Source: an uncultured Candidatus Saccharibacteria bacterium (lineage in GTDB: Bacteria; Patescibacteriota; Saccharimonadia; CAZHVB01). Taken from it: 64,000 nt of DNA. The translations under genes and the position numbers were made by a program. The stretch lies in NCBI GenBank assembly GCA_964600295.1, contig CAZRIY010000001.1:169733-233732 (forward strand), in the 5' to 3' direction. The notes beneath the pieces are model-generated. The model had not been told where the DNA came from. It made no database searches and was given only the letters and a program-made list of their open reading frames with translations. Positions 38,303-47,354 of the stretch are shown piece by piece; position 1 is the first letter of the stretch; each line of letters opens with the position of its first letter.

Positions 38303-40678
38303 CTAGGGATCAACTGCCGGATGGTTGGTTGCAATATTGCTAGTCCAGCTCTGCTGCCCGGACGCCCAAGTGTGGACTTCGATCCGTCCACTGCCGTTAT
38401 TGCGATATTTGATGAAGATCAGCCCATCCCGGCCATCGCCGTTGGTATCCCCAGAGATGACATCGGTATCAACCGGATTAACTTCACCATGGTTAGTAGC
38501 GATGTTGGTGATCCAGCTTTGGTAACCGGGAGCCCAAGTATGCACTTCTACCAGGCCACTGCCGTTACTACGGTATTTAACAAACACCAACTCATCCTTG
38601 CCATCACCATAGAGATTGCCCCCCACCACGCCAGCGTTATCTGGGCTTACCTCCCCATGGTTGGTGGCAATATTAGATATCCAGCTCTGCTGTCCAGCCG
38701 CCCATGTATGGATCTCGATCCGTCCACTGCCAGTGTTGCGGTATTTAACAAAGATTAGCTCGTCGGCCCCATCACCGTTAGTATCGGCGGCTATCACACG
38801 CCCATCTGCCGGATCAATCGCCGGATGGTTGCTGGCAATATTGCTTACCCAGTGCTGGTAAGTCGTATCCCAAGTATGCACCTCGATCCGTCCACTACCA
38901 GTGTTGCGGTATTTGACGAAGATTAGCTCTGACTTTGAGTCACCATAAATATTGCCGCTGATTATCTCTCCATCTGCCGGATCAATCGCCGGATGGTTGC
39001 TGGCAATATTGGTCAACCAGCTCTGGTAGCCCGGGTTCCATGTATGAATTTCGATACAAGCTGTGCCGGTGTTGTTAAGGACGCTGAGGGATAGTCGATC
39101 GGGGGAATCAATTGAATAACGATTGGACAGAACTTTGGGACCACTAGGAGTGCTGGGTATATTACCATTTGGAGATATATTATTGGGGCACGTAAAGGCG
39201 CTTAAGTTGGTTAATTTAAGGGTATTAAGTCGGCCATAACCATGCTGATTTGTATAGTTCGCGCCAGACATCTGCGATACTTTGTCGGTTGCTCCATTTA
39301 GAGCCGTGGTTATCTGCGAAACTGATAGGTTACTACGCACCGAAAACAATAGGCTTACCGAACCAGAAACTACCGGAGTAGCCAAGGAGGTACCCGAAGC
39401 CGAAGCATAGGCAGTAGTGGGAGACCCGCTGCTCCAAGAAGTAGTAACGATTCCGGAACCCGGCGCCATAATATCCAAATTGGCTCCGTAGCTAGAAAAG
39501 CTGGAACGGTCATCACCTTGATTACTAGCTCCCACCGCAATCACTGGCGGATAGTTGGCCGGATCCAACATCTGACCAACACTATCACAACCGTTAAAAA
39601 AATACGTTTGGGGATCGCCGCAATTGCCGGCTGCTGCTACTACCACCACACCGGCTGCAATGGCCGCATCAATCCGCTGGCGCAGGAAGTTATCAACATC
39701 GGTTGAACCCAAGCTCATACTAATCACCTTGGCACCGCGGCTTACGGCGTAATCCACAGCCTCGGCCACGCCATCAGTTGTACCGCCGCCGCTATCGGCC
39801 AAGGCTTGGAGGGGTAAGATTTTGGCTTGCCAGTCAACCCCGGCCACGCCCACGCCGTTGTTGCCGGCTGCTGCTGCGGCTCCCGAGGTGAGGGTGCCAT
39901 GGTTAACCCCGTCGCCATTTGGGTTATTATCGCAATCACCATCGGCTACCGCCGGGCTGTTGTTATCGCAAATAAAATCCCAGCCCCGCCAGTCGTCCAC
40001 TTTACCGTTGCCATCATCATCCAAATTATTACAAGATTTGTCTGGCGGTAACCCCGTAGTGACACAATTTGGCGCTGGCCCCAGGGCCACAGTGGCTCCC
40101 ACTTCGCCGCTGTTGTTAGCCCATCTGTCAGCCAGATCTTCATGATTTAAAGAAAAGCCGGTATCAATTACCGCGATCGTAACGGAACTAGAACCGGTGG
40201 TAATATCCCAGACTGATGGGGCCGAGATTTTGGGCAGATGCCACTGCTGGGAATAGCGGCTGTCATTTGGAGTTGTGGTTATGAAGTAGGAAAGATTGGG
40301 GGAGGCCTGGCTGCCTTCGGGCAGTTGCAATTGCCCGGCTGGTTTATTGACTACAAAAGCCCCGGCTGCAGTGGGGGCTAAATCACTCTGAGCCACGTCA
40401 TTTGCAGTTAGGAATTGCTGTTTGGAATCCTCATTGCTGAACTGGACAATAGTACTACCGCCAGCTGCCTGGGGTTTATCCAGTTCCGGGGTGAAGCTGC
40501 GGGTATCCTGGGTCGGAAGAGCGGCATCGGATTCTGGTTCGGCCGGTCGGGAAATCTCAACTGAACCGGGCTGCGTTGGAATGGGGATATTCTTTTGAGA
40601 CAGGAACCACAAGAACAATCCAGCACCAATAGTTAGCACTGCGCCGCTTAAATAGAATATTTTTCTGGATTTAGACAT
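38303..40678 (-). CDS. Membrane-anchored S8 (subtilisin) serine peptidase with C-terminal ~56-aa repeats
   Basis: AVIDTG, HGT, AAAGN, GTSLATP catalytic motifs; repeats shared with 26956-28647. Confidence 0.9.
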   Translation of the reverse strand: MSKSRKIFYLSGAVLTIGAGLFLWFLSQKNIPIPTQPGSVEISRPAEPESDAALPTQDTRSFTPELDKPQAAGGSTIVQFSNEDSKQQFLTANDVAQSDLAPTAAGAFVVNKPAGQLQLPEGSQASPNLSYFITTTPNDSRYSQQWHLPKISAPSVWDITTGSSSVTIAVIDTGFSLNHEDLADRWANNSGEVGATVALGPAPNCVTTGLPPDKSCNNLDDDGNGKVDDWRGWDFICDNNSPAVADGDCDNNPNGDGVNHGTLTSGAAAAAGNNGVGVAGVDWQAKILPLQALADSGGGTTDGVAEAVDYAVSRGAKVISMSLGSTDVDNFLRQRIDAAIAAGVVVVAAAGNCGDPQTYFFNGCDSVGQMLDPANYPPVIAVGASNQGDDRSSFSSYGANLDIMAPGSGIVTTSWSSGSPTTAYASASGTSLATPVVSGSVSLLFSVRSNLSVSQITTALNGATDKVSQMSGANYTNQHGYGRLNTLKLTNLSAFTCPNNISPNGNIPSTPSGPKVLSNRYSIDSPDRLSLSVLNNTGTACIEIHTWNPGYQSWLTNIASNHPAIDPADGEIISGNIYGDSKSELIFVKYRNTGSGRIEVHTWDTTYQHWVSNIASNHPAIDPADGRVIAADTNGDGADELIFVKYRNTGSGRIEIHTWAAGQQSWISNIATNHGEVSPDNAGVVGGNLYGDGKDELVFVKYRSNGSGLVEVHTWAPGYQSWITNIATNHGEVNPVDTDVISGDTNGDGRDGLIFIKYRNNGSGRIEVHTWASGQQSWTSNIATNHPAVDP

Positions 40679-40876
40679 AGTCCTACCCAAGCCTTATTTC
40701 ACCATATTTACAGAGAATGGACAATGTTGGGGTGGTATATAAACTTCAGAAATCAAAAACCAATAATCCTTAAAGTTTTCAACGGACCCAGCCGGGTATG
40801 GTAAGTCCCACCTCTCAGAAGTTTGAAGCCATTTGAGCTCGCTGCTGTTCGCTCAAGCCGTTATAATCCGACTAAG

Positions 40877-42208
40877 GTGTCGAGGTTCAACAGGTCTGTT
40901 TCTATAGCGTGGCAAAGTACAGTTTGGTTGGCGCTACTGGCGCTGTTACCGTTTCATGCCTTGCTGACCACATGGGCGGGTAGTCTGTTTGGTTACCGGG
41001 AAATCTGGCAAGCCTGGAAGGAAATTCTGGTATTGGGGTTGCTGGCCGGTGTGGGTTTCAAACTGATTACAGACCGGCAGCTGCGTCGATTCCTTTGGGG
41101 CTATTGGTCCAATCGTCTGATTTTGGTCTATGGCTTGCTGCATCTGCTGATGGCCATTATCATGTCCAGCGATCTCGATGCTACATTACTGGGTTTACGC
41201 AACAATCTAATTTTTCTGGCCATCTTTATAATCGGCCAGACTATAGCTTTCCGGTCGCCCAGCGGGCGCTTTAAAACCCTGTTGCCGAAGATTATTCTGG
41301 TAACCGCCGCCATCGTAGCTATCTTTGGTCTGCTGCAAGCCTACTTGCTGCCATACGACTTCCTGGCCAAGTTCGGCTACGGCGAGGGCACCATTCCGCC
41401 CTATCTACTTCTACAAGATAGCGAAATTGTGCGGGTTATTTCTACTCTAGACAGTCCCAATACTCTGGGTAGCTGGTTAATTTTGCCATGGGCTTTGAGC
41501 CTAACATTACTGTTGAAAAAACGCATCGATTCATCCTGGTGGCTGTTGCCCCCAACGCTTTTTCTGGCGCTTTACCACAGCCATTCCCGCAGCGCCTGGA
41601 TTGGCGTTGCTTTGGCTACAGTCTTCATTGGCTGGCGGATCTTACCGAAACATCGCCTCCGCCAAGCCACTATCGTCCTGTTTAGCGGCTTGTTAATAGT
41701 CGCAGCCGCTCTGATTTACCTAGTACCTAAAGTGCCGGTTTTGCAGAGCGTTTTTTTACATGCGCCGCTCGAAAAGGCGTCAGACGAAAGCTCCAATGCT
41801 GACCATCTGGAGGAAATTATCAAAGGGATTCCGGAGTTGGTGCACAACCCGCTTGGTAAAGGGCCAGGCGCGGCGGGGCCGGCGTCACTGGAGTCTAACA
41901 ATCCGGACATTACCGAAAACTACTTTTTGCAGGTTGGTTTGGAGGTAGGCTTTATTGGCTTGGGGCTATTTCTAGCCATCAACTACTTAATTGCCCGCGA
42001 TCTATGGCGGGCATCCCGGCAAAGCCTGTTGGCGGTTGCTCTCTTAGCCAGCTTTATCGGGCTCTCGTTCATGAATTTGCTGCTGCACACTTGGGCCAAT
42101 GGTCCAACAGCCATCACCTGGTGGGGATTGGCCGGTCTGATGTTGGGTATCTGGCGGCTTAAGCCTCGGCCAGAACCGACATCAGGTACCGGCCGTAGCC
42201 GCTTTTGA
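40877..42208 (+). CDS. O-antigen ligase/Wzy_C family membrane protein
   Basis: About 12 [34 protein letters not shown]; GTG 40877 follows TATAAT. Confidence 0.8.
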   Translation: MSRFNRSVSIAWQSTVWLALLALLPFHALLTTWAGSLFGYREIWQAWKEILVLGLLAGVGFKLITDRQLRRFLWGYWSNRLILVYGLLHLLMAIIMSSDLDATLLGLRNNLIFLAIFIIGQTIAFRSPSGRFKTLLPKIILVTAAIVAIFGLLQAYLLPYDFLAKFGYGEGTIPPYLLLQDSEIVRVISTLDSPNTLGSWLILPWALSLTLLLKKRIDSSWWLLPPTLFLALYHSHSRSAWIGVALATVFIGWRILPKHRLRQATIVLFSGLLIVAAALIYLVPKVPVLQSVFLHAPLEKASDESSNADHLEEIIKGIPELVHNPLGKGPGAAGPASLESNNPDITENYFLQVGLEVGFIGLGLFLAINYLIARDLWRASRQSLLAVALLASFIGLSFMNLLLHTWANGPTAITWWGLAGLMLGIWRLKPRPEPTSGTGRSRF

Positions 42209-43025
42209 GCAAGGGCTTGGCCAGTTTGGAAAGCTGGCCTTTAGTAATAAAGCCTTCCCGGTAAGCTACCTCTTCGATGCAGCCAATCTTTAAACCTTGT
42301 CGGTGTTCGATAACATGGATAAAATGAGCCGCATCCATTAACGATTCAAAGGTGCCGGTATCCAGCCAGGCCGTACCTCGGTCCAACAAACTGACTCTTA
42401 ACTTACCTTTTCGCAAATAGATATCTAGCACCGAGGTGATTTCTAACTCCCCGCGGGGGCTGGGCTTTACTTCCTTAGCAATTTTAACCACCTCGTTATC
42501 ACAGAAATACAAGCCAGCATTAGCGTAATTAGATTTAGGTTTGGCTGGTTTTTCTTCTATGGAAAGTACCTTCATATCTTTATCAAACTCATAGACACCA
42601 TAACGCTGCGGGTCTGTAACTTGGGCAGCAAAACCAACCGCCCCATTAACATTAATGTACTTCTTTAATCTTTGACCCATCTGCGTGCCATAGAAGATGT
42701 TATCGCCGAGGATCATGGCTACTTTATCGTCCCCAATGAAGTCTTCACCGACGATAAAGGCGTCGGCCAGACCCCGAGGCTTAACTTGAACCTTATATGA
42801 AAAGCGGCAGCCATAAGTGGAACCGTCTCCCAGCAGTTTAGCGAAGTGGGGAGTATCTTCTGGGGTAGAAATAATTAAGATTTCGCGAATGCCCGCCAGC
42901 ATCAAGGTCGACAGCGGATAATAAACCATTGGTTTATCGTAAACCGGCATCAGCTGTTTACTGATTGCATTGGTTATTGGATAAAGCCTAGTGCCGGAAC
43001 CGCCGGCCAGAATAATTCCCTTCAT
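42159..43025 (-). CDS. rmlA: Glucose-1-phosphate thymidylyltransferase
   Basis: [39 protein letters not shown]. Confidence 0.96.
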   Translation of the reverse strand: MKGIILAGGSGTRLYPITNAISKQLMPVYDKPMVYYPLSTLMLAGIREILIISTPEDTPHFAKLLGDGSTYGCRFSYKVQVKPRGLADAFIVGEDFIGDDKVAMILGDNIFYGTQMGQRLKKYINVNGAVGFAAQVTDPQRYGVYEFDKDMKVLSIEEKPAKPKSNYANAGLYFCDNEVVKIAKEVKPSPRGELEITSVLDIYLRKGKLRVSLLDRGTAWLDTGTFESLMDAAHFIHVIEHRQGLKIGCIEEVAYREGFITKGQLSKLAKPLLKSGYGRYLMSVLAEA

Positions 43026-43609
43026 ATTCGTTCGCTTTCAAATTCGCGCAACTTCGGCAAGGCTCGATCCTTTTCCGACAACAAGGCATGATCGATAGAG
43101 ATTGGCCAGTCGATATTCAGGTCTGGATCAAAGGCGTGGATTGCCGGGTAAACCATATTTGGCCGCCAGTGCTCGGTGACTAGATAACTATAAACAGAAT
43201 AGTCGCTAAGGGTCTGGTAGGAATTTCCACAGCCTTTAGGTATGAATACGGCTTTACCGGGGGATAATTGAAATTGTTCAAGCTGGCCGAAATTAGGCCC
43301 GGGCCTTAGATCAACATAAGCTACGTAGATTTGGCCTACCACCGGGGCTATATATTTATCCCACGGCTCGGCATGAATACCTCGGGTAACTCCAGGCCAA
43401 ATATTTTCGGCTACATTCCATTGCACCGGGCCAAGTTCCGGTAGACCCAGCTCGGCCATCTTCTCTGCCTGCCAGGCCTCGCGAAAGGTTCCGCGTTGAT
43501 CACGGTTTACTACCAGATCGACCTTGAACAGGCTGGGGATCGACAGCTCCTCGACCACTAGCTCTTGGTTGGGATTAAGAATGTCAGTTGCGGGATTGGA
43601 TTGTTCCAT
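43022..43609 (-). CDS. rmlC: dTDP-4-dehydrorhamnose 3,5-epimerase
   Basis: [28 protein letters not shown]. Confidence 0.9.
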   Translation of the reverse strand: MEQSNPATDILNPNQELVVEELSIPSLFKVDLVVNRDQRGTFREAWQAEKMAELGLPELGPVQWNVAENIWPGVTRGIHAEPWDKYIAPVVGQIYVAYVDLRPGPNFGQLEQFQLSPGKAVFIPKGCGNSYQTLSDYSVYSYLVTEHWRPNMVYPAIHAFDPDLNIDWPISIDHALLSEKDRALPKLREFESERI

Positions 43610-43614
43610 AAGGC

Positions 43615-44613
43615 TTATTTAAGGGCGTAGATACTCTCCGCCTCTTTTATCAGAGGCTCCCACCAGGCTTGGTTGTTCAAATACCATTGTACGGTATCTT
43701 CGAATTGCTGCCAGACATCGGTAGTCGGTTGCCAGCCCAGCTGTTTAATCTTGGTAGTATCAACGCCATAGCGAAAGTCGTGGTGAGCGCGAGGATCAGG
43801 CTGGTATTCAACTTTGGCGCCAAATTCTTCTAGGCGTTTAGCCAGCCACTCGGCTAAGTTACGGTTGGTGATCTCGGGCTGGTTGTTGGCGCCAATATTA
43901 AAAGTCTCGCCGGCGTGGGCTTTTTTTAGCACCAGCTCGATCCCTCGAGCGGTATCGGGCGCATACAGCCAATCGCGCACTTGGTTACCCTTACCCCATA
44001 CCGGAATAGTTTTGCCGCCCATAATGCGGGTAATCGAGCGTGGTAACATCTTTTCCGGATACTGATAGGGTCCAAAGTTGTTGGTGGGGCGAATAATATT
44101 GAGTGGCAGTTTATCTGCAAAACTTTTAGCCACGTCGTCGGCTCGGGATTTTGACTTGGCATAGGCACTAGTAGCTTGGTGGTCGGCTGGCTCTTTTTCA
44201 GTTTCTTTAAAAAAGTGACCATCCGCGGCGTCCCCATAAACTTCATCGGTTGAAATGTGTATAAACCGCCTTAATTTGCTATTGACCTGAGCCAGTTCCA
44301 GTAGATTGCTGGTGCCTTGGACGTTGCTGCGTTCAAAAACCTCGGAGTCGGTTTCAGAACGGGTAACATGGCTTTCAGCCGCAAAGTGGACGATGTAATC
44401 GGCTTTACTAATCGCACCCTGGCAAGCCGCGGCATCGTTAATATCGGTATTAATAAATTTGATGCGATCTTTAACTGATTCTAGGTTGGCCGGGTTGCCC
44501 GCGTAGGTTAGCTTATCGATAACAATGATTTGATCATGGGGATGGCGCTCAGCCCAATGGTGGACAAAATTGGCGCCAATAAAGCCGGCGCCTCCGGTTA
44601 CTACAATTTTCAC
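43615..44613 (-). CDS. rmlB: dTDP-glucose 4,6-dehydratase
   Basis: TGGAGFIG, DKLTYAGN, HFAAESHV, STDEVYG, YAKSK. Confidence 0.93.
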   Translation of the reverse strand: MKIVVTGGAGFIGANFVHHWAERHPHDQIIVIDKLTYAGNPANLESVKDRIKFINTDINDAAACQGAISKADYIVHFAAESHVTRSETDSEVFERSNVQGTSNLLELAQVNSKLRRFIHISTDEVYGDAADGHFFKETEKEPADHQATSAYAKSKSRADDVAKSFADKLPLNIIRPTNNFGPYQYPEKMLPRSITRIMGGKTIPVWGKGNQVRDWLYAPDTARGIELVLKKAHAGETFNIGANNQPEITNRNLAEWLAKRLEEFGAKVEYQPDPRAHHDFRYGVDTTKIKQLGWQPTTDVWQQFEDTVQWYLNNQAWWEPLIKEAESIYALK

Positions 44614-44656
44614 TCCGTTATTCTACCACGTAGCTAGAGTTGTATTTTCGGGTTTT

Positions 44657-44695
44657 CTGCTTGCCTGTCCTCCGGAAGGCGGGCCGGCAGGCAGG
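44657..44695. repeat. Short GC-rich palindromic element (CCTGCC..GGCAGGCAGG type)
   Basis: CTGCTTGCC-TGTCCTCCGGAAGGCGGGCC-GGCAGGCAG nested hairpin. Confidence 0.6.
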
Positions 44696-44718
44696 TGTTC
44701 TTTCTCAGTTCCAGACCA

Positions 44719-44747
44719 TTGACTGTTCGCCTTTTGTACGCTATCAT
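44719..44747 (+). promoter_or_regulatory. lexA sigma70 promoter with candidate LexA operator
   Basis: TTGACT-17 bp-TATCAT; direct repeat TGTTCG-N5-TGTACG across the spacer. Confidence 0.65.
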
Positions 44748-44756
44748 TGCGGCAGA

Positions 44757-45374
44757 ATGAAACAAAGCCTCACCAAAAAGCAAAAATTCCTGCTCGATTT
44801 TATTCGTAAATTTACCGCCGATAATGGCTATCCCCCCAGTTTCCGCGAGATTATGGAGGGCTTGAATTATAGTTCTGTAGCCACAGTTGCTCAACACGTT
44901 GATAACCTAGTAGCCAAGGGTTATTTGCACAAGCGCGATAATGAAGCTCGCTCAATTCAATTAGTGGAGGCCGATGTGGAAATGAGTGGCGGCAGTGATT
45001 TACCGGTGCTGGGGCTGATTGCCGCCGGCGAACCCATCACGGTTATGGATGAAACCAAAGAAACCCTGATGGTACCGCCCTTTATGATCAAGAGTGATAA
45101 TTCTTATGTACTGCGGGTAAAAGGCAACAGCATGATAGACGACGGTATTCTAGATAAAGATTACATTGTGGTACGCGAGAACAAAGCTCCCAAAAACGGT
45201 GAAGTGGTGGTGGCTATGCTCAATGGCTACTCGGCCACTCTCAAGCGCTTCTATAAAGAAGGCAGTAAAATTCGGCTGCAGCCCGCTAATTCAAGCATGA
45301 AGCCGATAATTTTAGACGAAAACGATTTTTTGGAAATCCAAGGTATCGTTACCGGAGTTATCCGCAGCTTCTAA
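44757..45374 (+). CDS. lexA: LexA repressor
   Basis: LTKKQK..GYPPSFREI HTH, IAAG cleavage site, VKGNSM (Ser), ATLKR (Lys). Confidence 0.95.
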   Translation: MKQSLTKKQKFLLDFIRKFTADNGYPPSFREIMEGLNYSSVATVAQHVDNLVAKGYLHKRDNEARSIQLVEADVEMSGGSDLPVLGLIAAGEPITVMDETKETLMVPPFMIKSDNSYVLRVKGNSMIDDGILDKDYIVVRENKAPKNGEVVVAMLNGYSATLKRFYKEGSKIRLQPANSSMKPIILDENDFLEIQGIVTGVIRSF

Positions 45375-45457
45375 AAAGAGTCATTGATATGATTTATCTG
45401 TATACCATGCAGGCTAACTGGTGCTGATTTAAAGCGCCAGTTATACTTTTAAGACAT

Positions 45458-45532
45458 TCCGGAGTAGCTCAATGGTAGAGCACCGCCCTGTTAAGGCGAT
45501 GGTTGCCGGTTCGAGTCCGGCCTCCGGAGCCA
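45458..45532 (+). tRNA. tRNA-Asn (GTT)
   Basis: Cloverleaf: acceptor TCCGGAG/CTCCGGA, anticodon loop CTGTTAA, T-arm GCCGG-TTCGAGT-CCGGC, encoded CCA. Confidence 0.96.
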
Positions 45533-45570
45533 TGAAAAAACGCTAGTCACATCGACTGGCGTTTTTTCAT
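45532..45570 (+). terminator. Intrinsic terminator after tRNA-Asn (bidirectional form)
   Basis: ATGAAAAAACGCTAGTC-ACATC-GACTGGCGTTTTTTCAT. Confidence 0.8.
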
Positions 45571-45652
45571 TAATTCGCAGTCTGCGAAACGAACCGAGCC
45601 CATAGGGCCGGTTCAGATAACAGCGGCTATATACTGAGCACAGCGAGGTAAT

Positions 45653-45671
45653 AGTCCGGCCTCCGGAGCCA
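45653..45671 (+). repeat. 19-bp direct repeat of the tRNA-Asn 3' end (att-like)
   Basis: AGTCCGGCCTCCGGAGCCA identical to 45514-45532. Confidence 0.92.
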
Positions 45672-45713
45672 AGCATGGCATGAGCTGCTGTGTTTATTTG
45701 ATACACTAAAACT

Positions 45714-45923
45714 ATGCAAAAGATAGCTACACGATTATTTATCTATTCGTCAATTGTTTTTGGTGTCCTAGGGCTTTTTATGGTTCTGACTGGGATCGAT
45801 CCGGATGAAAATAGCTCCGGCCTTGAGCTAGTCATAACGAAACTCTTTATGGCCACCATTTTTATCATCCTGCCTTCATTCGCATTAAGTGTTGCTAGTA
45901 AGTACTTAAACGGTAAATCTTAG
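45714..45923 (+). CDS. Small two-TM protein (cassette 1), paralog of 47133-47321
   Basis: MQKIAT..FIILPSFALSVASKYLNGKS. Confidence 0.8.
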   Translation: MQKIATRLFIYSSIVFGVLGLFMVLTGIDPDENSSGLELVITKLFMATIFIILPSFALSVASKYLNGKS

Positions 45924-45951
45924 TTCCAACTTCCTCCACTACGGGGAGCCA
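45923..45951 (+). repeat. Cassette boundary repeat R1
   Basis: GTTCCAACTTCCTCCACTACGGGGAGCCA; overlaps the stop codon of the cassette 1 gene. Confidence 0.9.
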
Positions 45952-45990
45952 TAAAACTGGGTACGAGCAATTGAGGTATGATTCTTTTAG

Positions 45991-46155
45991 ATGAATAAAA
46001 GTAGAATAATATACTTCGTTCTCGCAATATTATTCGGAGTATTTATGTTTGTATATGGTGAAATTGATGATAGTCCCGGTGGGCAACTGCTCGGACTTCT
46101 CGCAGTCATTATCGGCATAATTGGCGTGATAAAGGGCACGAAGAATTCTGGCTAA
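45991..46155 (+). CDS. Small two-TM protein, 54 aa (cassette 2; not in ORF track)
   Basis: MNKSRIIYFVLAILFGVFMFVYGEIDDSPGGQLLGLLAVIIGIIGVIKGTKNSG; TATGAT 8 nt before the ATG. Confidence 0.75.
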   Translation: MNKSRIIYFVLAILFGVFMFVYGEIDDSPGGQLLGLLAVIIGIIGVIKGTKNSG

Positions 46156-46159
46156 ACAG

Positions 46160-46188
46160 GTTCTAACTTCCTCCACCACGGGGTGCTA
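46160..46188 (+). repeat. Cassette boundary repeat R2
   Basis: GTTCTAACTTCCTCCACCACGGGGTGCTA. Confidence 0.9.
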
Positions 46189-46261
46189 TAGCACAAGTGC
46201 GGTTAAGAGCTTGATAAGGCATTCTTTGTTATGATTAATCTATGTAAATAAGGAGGATCGC

Positions 46262-46654
46262 ATGGCAGAAATAGAAGAAAACGTGAAGGAGACCGAAGTT
46301 TCCCAGCAGGGGGACACGCAAGTAGTGCGGCAACGCACCTCTACTGATTCAAGCCAAGATTCCCGTTTAACTCTTGCTAATGCTGTTTGGTTCCTACTCG
46401 GTGTGCTGGAGGTTTTGCTGGTCTTCCGGCTTTTTCTCAAGCTTTTCGGAGCCAATCCAGATAGTGGTTTTGTAAGCTTTGTTTACACAGTAACTAGCGG
46501 TTTTACAGCCCCTTTTAGGGGTATATTCAGTACGCCGACCACCCAGGGTGACATCACTACTTCGGTGTTCGAAACGGGTACCCTGCTGGCTATGATAGTT
46601 TACGCATTAATCGGCTGGGGACTAGTGAAACTAGTCAACCTAAATAAAAGATAA
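46262..46654 (+). CDS. YggT-like membrane protein (cassette 3)
   Basis: FRLFLKLFGANP..FVYTVT..FTAPFRGIF; AAGGAGG SD. Confidence 0.8.
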   Translation: MAEIEENVKETEVSQQGDTQVVRQRTSTDSSQDSRLTLANAVWFLLGVLEVLLVFRLFLKLFGANPDSGFVSFVYTVTSGFTAPFRGIFSTPTTQGDITTSVFETGTLLAMIVYALIGWGLVKLVNLNKR

Positions 46655-46687
46655 CCCCGTTCCTGAAAGTTCAATAGTACTAACGAA

Positions 46688-46716
46688 GTTCTAACTTCCT
46701 CCACTATGGGGAGCCA
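46688..46716 (+). repeat. Cassette boundary repeat R3
   Basis: GTTCTAACTTCCTCCACTATGGGGAGCCA. Confidence 0.9.
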
Positions 46717-46796
46717 AACTTCTGATGTTTTTAAACGCTAACAGTACAGCTTTACCAAAAATTTTCATTTGCAGGTAGGATAGCTAAAATAAACTT

Positions 46797-47108
46797 ATGG
46801 CCAAAAAAGAAATCGCTACTAGTGTGGTGCATAGAGTGCCAGCGGATTTGAGAAAGGTTTTGACATCTGCCCCCGAGGTGCGAGCAGCATGGGAGGATAT
46901 TACGCCACTCGCACGCAATGAGTGGATCTGCTGGGTCGTTTCCGTCAAGAAACCAGCGACGAGAAGTGACCATATCAAGAGGGTACGCACAGAACTTCTA
47001 GACGGAAAGCGCCGACCTTGTTGTTGGGCCGGCTGCATTCATCGCACGGACAAATCGATAAGCCCGTCGGTGCAGTGGGCGCTCAATAGACAACCTAAGT
47101 CCAAGTAG
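46797..47108 (+). CDS. YdeI/OmpD-associated family protein (cassette 4)
   Basis: VPADLRKVL..WEDITPLARNEWICWV..K..TR..GKRRPCCWAGC. Confidence 0.8.
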   Translation: MAKKEIATSVVHRVPADLRKVLTSAPEVRAAWEDITPLARNEWICWVVSVKKPATRSDHIKRVRTELLDGKRRPCCWAGCIHRTDKSISPSVQWALNRQPKSK

Positions 47109-47132
47109 CAACAAGCTTGTTATAATAAGCTC

Positions 47133-47321
47133 GTGCAAAAAATAGCTACACAAATATTTATCTACGCCTCAATTGCATTTGGAGTTTTGGGAGTTTTAGT
47201 TGCTCTGACGCAGCCTGATGAAAATGAAATACTTGCAAAACTTCTGTTTGCAACGGTTTTTATTATACTGTCCTCATTCGCATTAAGTGTTGCTAGTAAA
47301 TACTTAAACGGTAAATCATAG
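47133..47321 (+). CDS. Small two-TM protein (cassette 4), paralog of 45714-45923
   Basis: MQKIATQIF..SFALSVASKYLNGKS; TGTTATAAT 6 nt before the GTG. Confidence 0.8.
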   Translation: MQKIATQIFIYASIAFGVLGVLVALTQPDENEILAKLLFATVFIILSSFALSVASKYLNGKS

Positions 47322-47354
47322 CATTAAATGTCTATAAGCAAGGGGTCTAATAAC

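Noticed and set aside
44640-44756. N-terminal extension of LexA in the ORF track (likewise DnaA 18340-18402 and Wzm 22742-22897)
   Set aside because: The extensions overlap promoters, DnaA boxes or the neighbouring gene; downstream ATGs fit the family N-termini.
45491-45706. 71-aa minus-strand ORF over the tRNA
   Set aside because: It is antisense to the tRNA and terminator and is almost certainly spurious.
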